Shown: piece by piece, positions 16,508 through 23,537 of the stretch
Numbering within the stretch: position 1 is the first letter of the stretch
Layout of the letters: each line of letters begins with the position of its first letter
The notes under the pieces: model-generated
Told to the model about the DNA's origin: nothing
What the model saw: only the letters and a program-made list of their open reading frames with translations
Database searches by the model: none
Program-made: the position numbers and the translations under genes
Source: Dactylococcopsis salina PCC 8305
GTDB lineage: Bacteria; Cyanobacteriota; Cyanobacteriia; Cyanobacteriales; Rubidibacteraceae
Assembly (NCBI RefSeq): GCF_000317615.1
Contig: NC_019780.1
Span: 1,167,840-1,199,839 of the forward strand
Direction: 5' to 3'
DNA: 32,000 nucleotides

Positions 16508-18095
16508 TAAATTTGTAATTCCGAGAAAACTTTTCCCTATTTTATTGATTAAAATTATCTTTTTTCCTTTACTTTTAGTTACCCCTTCAGTCAAAGCAGC
16601 AACTGAGGAATTTTGTCCAGAAGCATTACCGCAAAAGCTCGATCGATTGATTACTGCTTCAGAAAAAGAATCGCGTTGGGGAATTTTGATTCAACCATTG
16701 TTATCGGAAAGAATCTTATATCAAAGAAATGCAGAAAAGTTGTTTATTCCCGCTTCTAATGTTAAACTTTTTACCAGCGCGATCGCGCTCAATCAACTTC
16801 ATCCTGAGTTTAGAATCATTACCCCTGTTTATACTGAAGGCGATTCTCCTCACCTTCAGAAATTACAAATTATTGGACAAGGTGATCCCAGTTTAAGAAC
16901 AAGTGATTTAGAAAAACTGGCAGCAACTTTAAGCAAAAATAATGTTAGCTCGATCGAAACCCTTGTTTTACAAAGTGGATATTTTTCCCAACCAAGAATT
17001 AATTCAACTTGGGAATGGGAAGATGTTTATGCCGCTTATGGAACAGGAGTTAATGATTTTATTTTAGATGAAAATGCAGTCACTTTAACCTTACGTCCCC
17101 AAAGTATTGGAAAAGCAGTAATTGCAGATTGGAATAATAATATTGCAGCCGCCCAATGGAACTTAAATAACCAAGCAACCACCGCACCCGTAAACACAGA
17201 TTATCGCATCCAATTACAAGGAAAACTGGGAACATCACAACTAAATTTAACGGGAAAACTCCCTCAAAACATTAAGACAGATGTTTGGCAATTAGCGATT
17301 CCTCAACCCGATCGATATTTTCGAGATACGTTATTAAATGCGTTAGCTGAGAGAGGAATTACTGTTAATCAAGTTCAATTTTCTGATTCGGAAATAAGAA
17401 TCCCCCCTAACCCCTCGATCATCGGGGGGAATAATCATGTAAGTTTTATTTCTCCTCCTCTCAAGGAGTTGATTGTAGAAATTAATCAAAATAGTAATAA
17501 TTTATATGCAGAAGCCTTATTAAAAACCCTGATTGCTAGAAGCGGAGAGGAGATCATTACAGAAGAATTAACGCGATTCGGGATTCCTCCCAATCATTAT
17601 CAATTGGTTGATGGATCAGGACTTTCTCGACGAAATTTAGTTACTCCCAGCGCGATCGTGCAATTATTAAAAACCATGTCAAACGGTGAAAATGCAGCAA
17701 CTTTTCGATCGTCTCTCGCCGTCGCTGGAATTAATGGAACATTAAAAAATCGTTTGCAATCAACTATTTTACAGGGAAACTTACAAGCAAAAACGGGAAC
17801 TTTGACGGGAATTTCTGCTCGATCGGGTTATGTTAATCCCCCCAATTATCAGCCTTTAGTTTTTAGTATTCTTTTAAATCATTCTCAAGTTTCACCCTCA
17901 CAACAAAGAGACATGATCGATCGAATTTTATTACTTTTATCGCGCCTTAAAACCTGTCAAGACAGAAGTAGGTTGGGTGGAGGTAACGAAACCCAACAAC
18001 AATATTCGTTATTCGTTATTCGTTATTTGTTCACTGGTCACTGGTCACTGGTCACTGGGAGACGTTCCATGGAACGTCTCTACATTGGTTACTGA
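16500..18095 (+). CDS. dacB: D-alanyl-D-alanine carboxypeptidase/endopeptidase (PBP4, peptidase S13). The last roughly 42 codons are repeat-encoded.
   Basis: It has a signal peptide, SxxK (ASNVKLFT), the DGSGLSR motif and KTG (AKTGTLTG). From about 17969 the frame reads through a hairpin/STRR repeat (..RLGGGNETQQQYSLFVIRYLFTGHWSLVTGRRSMERLYIGY*). Confidence 0.88.
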   Translation: MNNKFVIPRKLFPILLIKIIFFPLLLVTPSVKAATEEFCPEALPQKLDRLITASEKESRWGILIQPLLSERILYQRNAEKLFIPASNVKLFTSAIALNQLHPEFRIITPVYTEGDSPHLQKLQIIGQGDPSLRTSDLEKLAATLSKNNVSSIETLVLQSGYFSQPRINSTWEWEDVYAAYGTGVNDFILDENAVTLTLRPQSIGKAVIADWNNNIAAAQWNLNNQATTAPVNTDYRIQLQGKLGTSQLNLTGKLPQNIKTDVWQLAIPQPDRYFRDTLLNALAERGITVNQVQFSDSEIRIPPNPSIIGGNNHVSFISPPLKELIVEINQNSNNLYAEALLKTLIARSGEEIITEELTRFGIPPNHYQLVDGSGLSRRNLVTPSAIVQLLKTMSNGENAATFRSSLAVAGINGTLKNRLQSTILQGNLQAKTGTLTGISARSGYVNPPNYQPLVFSILLNHSQVSPSQQRDMIDRILLLLSRLKTCQDRSRLGGGNETQQQYSLFVIRYLFTGHWSLVTGRRSMERLYIGY

Positions 18096-18300
18096 TCACT
18101 GATCACTGGTCACTGGTCACTGCAATGGGTGGAGGTAACGAAACCCAACAACAATATTCGTTATTCGTTATTCGTTATTTGTTCACTGGTCACTGGTCAC
18201 TGGGAGACGTTCCATGGAACGTCTCTACATTGGTTACTGATCACTGATCACTGGTCACTGGTCACTGCAATGGGTGGAGATAACGAAACCCAACAACAAC
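17969..18300. repeat. Tandem duplication of about 2.2 copies (period 151/145 bp) of a composite unit. The unit holds the hairpin-family ends, the heptamers TTATTCG and CACTGGT, and the palindrome GAGACGTTCCATGGAACGTCTC.
   Basis: gaggtaacgaaacccaacaacaatattcg occurs at 17981 and 18132, and a variant occurs at 18277. The copies differ by the number of CACTGGT heptamer units. Confidence 0.9.
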
Positions 18301-18358
18301 AAGGTTCGCTGCCATGTTGTAGCATGATTAAATTAGACCATGAGAGAAGGACAATCAG

Positions 18359-19438
18359 ATGGAAATTGGCGTTCCCAAAGAAACAAAAGATCAAGAGTAT
18401 CGCGTTGGGTTAACTCCTAGTAGTGTTCGCAGTTTATGTGAACAAAAGCATCAAGTATTTGTAGAAACCCAAGCTGGGGTAGGAGCAGGGCTAAAAGATG
18501 AGGACTATCAACAAGCAGGGGCAACGATCGTCACAGAAGCCAAACAAGCCTGGAACCGAGAATTGGTGGTAAAAGTCAAAGAACCCCTTCCCGATGAATA
18601 CATCTATTTAGAAAAAGGTCAACTCTTATTTACATATCTTCATCTTGCCGCCGATCGCGTTCTTACCGAGGCGCTGATCAATTCTGGAATTACCGCCATT
18701 GCTTACGAAACCGTTGAACTCCCCAACGGAAAACTCCCTCTTCTCAACCCCATGAGTATCATTGCGGGACGCTTATCCGTGCAATTTGGCGCTCATCACC
18801 TAGAAAGACAACAAGGGGGACGTGGCGTATTATTAGGAGGCTTTCCTGGGGTAAGATCAGGGCGTGTCGTCATCCTCGGCGGTGGGGTTGTCGGAACAGA
18901 AGCAGCGCGAATCGCGGTGGGAATTGGCGCACAGGTGCAGATTTTAGACGTGAATGTGGAACGTTTAGGAGAACTAGAAAACCTCTTTGGTTCACGGGTG
19001 GAACTCCTTTACAGTAATTCCTCCCAAATTGAAACCGTTGTTCCCGATGCTGATTTACTCATTGGGGCGGTTTTAACCACGGGAAAACGCGCGCCAAAAT
19101 TGGTGACACGGGAGTTAGTGCAACAAATGCGTCCTGGAAGCGTAATTGTTGATGTTGCGGTTGATCAAGGGGGTTGTGTGGAAACTTTGCAAGTGACTTC
19201 CCACAGTCATCCCACTTATGTAGAAGAAGGAGTCGTTCATTTTGGCGTTCCCAATATGCCTGGGGCTGTTCCTTGGACAGCGACTCAGGCGCTTAACAAT
19301 AGTACGCTTCCTTATGTGATTCAACTGGCAAATAAGGGGTTAACCGCATTAGAAGAAAACCCAATTCTTGCTAAGGGGTTAAATGTTCAGAATCAACAAT
19401 TAATTCATCCTGCGGTCAAAGAAGCCTTTGATCTATAA
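18359..19438 (+). CDS. ald: Alanine dehydrogenase.
   Basis: The ORF is 359 aa. It shows MEIGVPKETKDQEYRVGLTP, the Rossmann motif VILGGGVVGTEAARIA, and the Ald signature VDVAVDQGGC. Confidence 0.93.
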   Translation: MEIGVPKETKDQEYRVGLTPSSVRSLCEQKHQVFVETQAGVGAGLKDEDYQQAGATIVTEAKQAWNRELVVKVKEPLPDEYIYLEKGQLLFTYLHLAADRVLTEALINSGITAIAYETVELPNGKLPLLNPMSIIAGRLSVQFGAHHLERQQGGRGVLLGGFPGVRSGRVVILGGGVVGTEAARIAVGIGAQVQILDVNVERLGELENLFGSRVELLYSNSSQIETVVPDADLLIGAVLTTGKRAPKLVTRELVQQMRPGSVIVDVAVDQGGCVETLQVTSHSHPTYVEEGVVHFGVPNMPGAVPWTATQALNNSTLPYVIQLANKGLTALEENPILAKGLNVQNQQLIHPAVKEAFDL

Positions 19439-19540
19439 CTAGGGTTTGCTGAAAAAGTTCATGTTTTCGGTGTAGTAAGGCAAAAGGCAAGTTGCCTTAG
19501 GCAAGAGGTAAAAGGCAAGATGGGGGAGATGGGGAAGATG
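19439..19540. mobile_element. MITE family D, half copy, interrupted by or abutting a family A MITE.
   Basis: ctagggtttgctgaaaaagttcatgttttcggtgtagtaaggcaa... matches the reverse complement of 23400-23503, including the heptamer tract (GGCAAAA/GGCAAGA) and ggggaagatg. It begins immediately after the ald TAA. Confidence 0.75.
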
Positions 19541-19771
19541 CAGGGCTGTTTCATTCTTGGGGTCAAAATTGAAGGCGATTGCGCTCCGCGCACCGAGCGC
19601 TGCGCTCGATCGCCTGAACCTCTTACGGTACGTTCGATGTGGCGAAGCCACCGCCCTTCTTGCCTCGAACGCTTTTTCTTACTTTTTGGCTTTTTCTTAA
19701 GAAAAAAGCCGTAAAACCCTTGCTATTCCTAATATCTGGAAAAGGCAAAAAAATAGAATGAAACAGCCCTG
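19541..19771. mobile_element. MITE family A, copy 2 (231 bp), inverted relative to copy 1 and carrying two secondary insertions.
   Basis: It has the same 17-bp TIRs as copy 1. Alignment to the reverse complement of 2889-3061 shows about 31 extra bases inside the GCGATCGC site and about 27 extra bases inside cgatcgaacg. Confidence 0.85.
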
Positions 19772-20078
19772 CCAATCATCGGGGGGTTGGGGGCTAGAAA
19801 CTGAAACTGAAAACTTAACCATTTCTTAACTTAGTTAGCCAAATTAACTGATATAATAGAATAGTGGCTAACTTAAACTGATCGATAACCAAGACAGTTC
19901 AAAGAAAGTCACTTTTGGCGGTGAGTTACATCGTGTCAGCCTGTGGACTGGTTAACGCCGACGTTGCTAGGAAAAGCCCAAGCGTGGAAAGAAGCAGGAA
20001 GTGGACATCAGACTCTATCAGGCTTTTAGAAGCTATGGTTAAGTTTGAGGAAGTTCCTCATAACGGGATTAGCAATGA

Positions 20079-20208
20079 CTTGATGTTGGGTTTCGCTTCC
20101 CTCCACCCAACCTACTTTTCTTGATGTTGGGTTTCGCGCTGGCTTCACAAGGGCCTACTTTTCTTGATGTTGGGTTTCGCGCTGGCTTCACAAGGGCTTA
20201 CTTTTCTT
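20079..20208. repeat. Three tandem hairpin-family units (period about 45 bp): cttgatgttgggtttcgc...(a/c)ctacttttc.
   Basis: Direct reading. The first unit has the acccaacctac arm, and the next two carry gctggcttcacaagggcctac variants. The array ends 2 nt from the stop of the 201-aa ORF. Confidence 0.8.
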
Positions 20209-20210
20209 GC

Positions 20211-20816
20211 TTACATCAGTGGTGAGGGGACAACCTCTTGATCCGATTCGATATCTGTTTCTAGGGTTTGAATTAATAGCGGTAAACCAGCCCCTTTGAA
20301 ACCACGCCGAACACAATTTGAGGTTTCGGTGAAGCCTACAAAGAGAGGATAGGCTTTTTGCGCTCCTTCGCTGAAAATATGTTCTTTCCCTGGTGGCATA
20401 ATCCACTCATAATCTTGGTGTAGCCAAGCCTCAGTTTGTCGCCAACGTCGCAGAAACTGGGAAAATTCTTCTTCGGGGCGATGGATAAAGACCATGATTT
20501 CTACCCCCATTTTGATTTTCCATTCTGGGTCACAGGTAATCAAAGCGAGATCACAGGGAAGTTGTACCGCTTGCGATCGAGAGAAGTCATCTCCCATAGA
20601 AGATTTACTATTTCGTAACTGTAGCAGTGGCAAAGGAAGTGTAATGACACTTTCATCAGGGCGACGCAAACTCGGTAACATTTCCAAATAGGGACGATGT
20701 TGTCGTAGGAGGGCGATCGCGCTTTCACGGTTGCTATATTCAGCAAGAAGCGTTTCGTATTGTGACTGTTTAATGGGCATGGTTTTTTTTGCTTGATTTT
20801 TATCCCAGTTCATCAA
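20211..20816 (-). CDS. Hypothetical soluble protein (201 aa, or 189 aa from ATG 20780), co-directional with and overlapping or abutting the end of pilC.
   Basis: This is a long ORF for AT-rich DNA and lies on the same strand as pilBTC. ATG 20816 overlaps pilC by 17 nt, and the alternative ATG 20780 lies 17 nt after the pilC stop. There are no TM segments and no motif I recognise. Confidence 0.6.
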   Translation of the reverse strand: MMNWDKNQAKKTMPIKQSQYETLLAEYSNRESAIALLRQHRPYLEMLPSLRRPDESVITLPLPLLQLRNSKSSMGDDFSRSQAVQLPCDLALITCDPEWKIKMGVEIMVFIHRPEEEFSQFLRRWRQTEAWLHQDYEWIMPPGKEHIFSEGAQKAYPLFVGFTETSNCVRRGFKGAGLPLLIQTLETDIESDQEVVPSPLM

Positions 20817-22020
20817 AGATTTTGAACATTGGTAAATACATGGACAAGAGAATTACTCCCACCATTCCCGCAACACCCACCATCATTAAAGGTTCAATTA
20901 AACTGGTGAGTGCTTTTACCGCTTGTTCTACCTCATCTTCATAAAAATCCGCCACTTTCATCATCATCGCATCGAGTTCTCCAGTTTCCTCCCCAATGCT
21001 CATCATTTGAATCGCAAGCGGGGGAAATGCGCCTTCTCGTTGTAACGCCAGACTAATCATTCCCCCTTGTTGAACTTCCTGTTTAGAGGCTTCGATCGCG
21101 TTCGCATAGACCTTATTTCCCGCCGTATCACGAGAAATATCTAAAGTGCTTAAAATCGGAACGCCCGATCGAGTCAGCGCCCCAAAAATCCGACAGAACC
21201 GCGCCACCGCATTTTTCTCCGTCAAGTCTCCCAACACAGGAATCTTCAACATCAACTTATCAATTTGCAAGCGTCCCATCGGAGTTTTGTAGTATTGCTT
21301 AAACCCAATAAATCCACCAGCAACAATCCCAATCGGAATTAAAACCCTCGGACTTCGCAGCAAAGCACTGAGATCGAGCATAAACTGAGTTAACGCGGGT
21401 AATTCAATTCCCAACCCCTGAAAAATCCCAGCAAACACAGGAATCAGAAACACCGTCATCCCAATAAACACCACAAACGCAAATAAACCCACCGTGACAG
21501 GATAAGCCATCGCCGATTTAATCTGTCCCTGTAACCGCGCCATATCTTCCAATAACTTAGCGATACGGTTTAGCACCTCATCCAGTACCCCACCTGCTTC
21601 TCCCGCCTCAACCATACTCACATATAACTGATCAAAGCATTCAGGATGTTTACTCATAGCATCAGAAAGATTAACCCCCTGTTGCACTTCCGAACTAATT
21701 GCTTTCAGCGCCTTACGCATTTTGGGATTTTCCGTCTGTTCCGACAGTACCCCTAAACAGCGTACAATTCCCACACCAGCATTCACCATCGCCGCAAACT
21801 GACGGGAGAAAATCGCCTTATCCTTCACCCCAACCCCAGATAACTTTTCCTCAATAATGGATAAATCCAGATCGAGATCAAATCCTGCTTTGCTGGCGCG
21901 ACCAATTTTGGGATATTTCCCCCGCAATGATAACTGTGCTTGTGCAGGCGACTTCGCCTCTACCTTTTCCTTAGTCCGCTTTCCCTTTGCGTCTTGAACT
22001 TCAACCACAAAAGTTGCCAT
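20800..22020 (-). CDS. pilC: Type IV pilus inner-membrane platform protein PilC (GspF family).
   Basis: The ORF is 406 aa with two T2SSF repeats (FSRQFAAMVNAGVGIVRCL / FCRIFGALTRSGVPIL) and three TM helices. It lies downstream of pilT. Confidence 0.93.
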   Translation of the reverse strand: MATFVVEVQDAKGKRTKEKVEAKSPAQAQLSLRGKYPKIGRASKAGFDLDLDLSIIEEKLSGVGVKDKAIFSRQFAAMVNAGVGIVRCLGVLSEQTENPKMRKALKAISSEVQQGVNLSDAMSKHPECFDQLYVSMVEAGEAGGVLDEVLNRIAKLLEDMARLQGQIKSAMAYPVTVGLFAFVVFIGMTVFLIPVFAGIFQGLGIELPALTQFMLDLSALLRSPRVLIPIGIVAGGFIGFKQYYKTPMGRLQIDKLMLKIPVLGDLTEKNAVARFCRIFGALTRSGVPILSTLDISRDTAGNKVYANAIEASKQEVQQGGMISLALQREGAFPPLAIQMMSIGEETGELDAMMMKVADFYEDEVEQAVKALTSLIEPLMMVGVAGMVGVILLSMYLPMFKIFDELG

Positions 22021-22049
22021 AATCTTTTCCCCTACTCACTTTTTTAGGT

Positions 22050-23165
22050 TTAACGTTTTGTCTTCGCTTGAGTTTTGCTGTTTTTCGCTACTGAACCTGC
22101 GGTGAGACGATCTAACTCATCGGGTTTACTACTTTTGGAGATGGCTTCTTCCATAGAAATTGCCCCTTGATTCACCCAATACGCCAAAGACTGTTCCATC
22201 GTTTGCATTCCCAGTTTCATTCCCGTTTGAATCGAAGAATAAATCTGTGAAGTTTTTCCCTCTCGAATTTGGTTGGCAATAGCAGGAGTCACCACCATAA
22301 TTTCCTGCGCCAGCACTCGTCCGAATTCCCCAGGTTTCGGATTTTGCTTTTTCGGTAAACACTGACTAAACACTGCGACTAATGAACCCGAAAGTTGCGC
22401 TCGAATTTGCTCTTGTTGTTCGGCGGGAAACACATCTACCATGCGGTCAACCGTTCCACCGGCGGAACTGGTGTGTAATGTTCCAAAAACTAAGTGACCC
22501 GTTTCCGCTGCGGTTACCGCTAACGAAATGGTTTCTAAATCTCGTAATTCTCCCACCAGAATAATATCTGGGTCTTCCCGTAAAGCAGCTTTTAAAGCAT
22601 TGGCAAAACTTTTTGTATCTTCTCCTTTTTGTCGTTGGTGAAACAGACATTTTTCGTTCGGAAAAACATACTCGATGGGGTCTTCTACCGTTAAAACGTG
22701 CTCGTGGCGAGTGCGATTAATCATGTCTAAAATCGCGGCTAGAGTTGTGGTTTTTCCCGAACCAGTGGGTCCTGTCACCAGAATTAATCCTCTGGGATAA
22801 CCTGCCATTTCTTTCACCACATCTGGCAGTCCTAATTTTTCATAGTTAGGAATTTTCGAGGATAAGGCTCGTAAACAAGCCGCATAGCAACCGCGCTCTT
22901 TATAAACATTAACTCGAAACCGCGCCAAACCTTTTACCCCATAAGAACAGTCTAATTCCCAATTTTGCTCTAATTGTTTCCGTTGACTGTTATTGAGCAT
23001 ACTAAAAATTAGTCGCTGTGTTTCTTGTGGCGTTAGGGGTTCATCTCCAACGGGTTGCAGTTTTCCACTGTAGCGGAAATAGACAGGCGCACCCGCTTGA
23101 ATGTGCATATCAGAACCGCCTTTTTCCACTAATTGTTCCATCAAGTCTTCGATCATTAATTCCAT
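22050..23165 (-). CDS. pilT: Type IV pilus retraction ATPase PilT.
   Basis: The ORF is 371 aa. It has Walker A GPTGSGKTT, the Asp box and Walker B region (ILVGELRD), the His box (GHLVFGTLHT) and the PilT-type AIANQIREGK motif. Confidence 0.93.
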   Translation of the reverse strand: MELMIEDLMEQLVEKGGSDMHIQAGAPVYFRYSGKLQPVGDEPLTPQETQRLIFSMLNNSQRKQLEQNWELDCSYGVKGLARFRVNVYKERGCYAACLRALSSKIPNYEKLGLPDVVKEMAGYPRGLILVTGPTGSGKTTTLAAILDMINRTRHEHVLTVEDPIEYVFPNEKCLFHQRQKGEDTKSFANALKAALREDPDIILVGELRDLETISLAVTAAETGHLVFGTLHTSSAGGTVDRMVDVFPAEQQEQIRAQLSGSLVAVFSQCLPKKQNPKPGEFGRVLAQEIMVVTPAIANQIREGKTSQIYSSIQTGMKLGMQTMEQSLAYWVNQGAISMEEAISKSSKPDELDRLTAGSVAKNSKTQAKTKR

Positions 23166-23287
23166 CTTTATTTTCTCCGTAATTCTTCAATCATCAAACA
23201 ATATTTAATTAATAATTCTCAGTTTAGCATTACAGTATTTTGCCTTGTCTTCTTTAAGAATTTATACTGAAATCTGTTTTTCTTTAA

Positions 23288-23503
23288 TTAAGGTTTCCTG
23301 AATAAACCTAGAACATTTACCCAATCAGTTTTTAAGGCTCTTAATGCTTTGAAAAAGTGCAGGGGAGAAATGGGAGACAAGGAAGACAAGGAAGTGATTT
23401 TTCTCCCCGATCTTCCCCATCTTCCCCATCTTGCCTTTTGCCTTTTGCCTCTTGCCTCTTGCCTTACTACACCGAAAACATGAAGTTTTTCAGCAAACCC
23501 TAA
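23288..23503. mobile_element. MITE family D, copy 2 (216 bp), inside the pilB-pilT spacer.
   Basis: The right TIR is ttcagcaaaccctaattaa and the left end is the degenerate ttaattaaggtttcctgaa. The internal heptamer tract is CTTGCCT/TTTGCCT x5, together with atcttcccc x2. It is homologous to 31380-31582 and 19439-19540. Confidence 0.75.
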
Positions 23504-23537
23504 TTAAGAATTATCAATTTTTAATCATTAATTTCCC

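Noticed and set aside
18129-18413. A 94-aa ORF in the track (MEVTKPNNNIRYSLFVICSLVTGHW...).
   Set aside because: It is encoded entirely by the tandemly duplicated repeat unit and runs into the ald start region. It is the same artefact as the DacB tail, with no independent coding evidence.
19439-19714. Two ORFs, 19439-19651 (-) and 19520-19714 (+).
   Set aside because: Both lie wholly inside MITE copies of families D and A. The equivalent copy at 2889-3061 does not preserve the frames.
19915-20124. A 69-aa ORF that might be a real small gene. Separately, the region might be a known RNA (SRP RNA, 6S RNA or a glutamine riboswitch), given GGAAAGAAGCAGGAAG-like strings.
   Set aside because: The ORF has a TTG start, no RBS, and its last roughly 15 codons are hairpin-repeat sequence. 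For the RNA ideas I could not build the required helices: there is no GNRA-closed helix-8 pairing, no long end-to-end 6S-type pairing and no riboswitch pseudoknot arms. I keep it only as an unassigned region in the findings.
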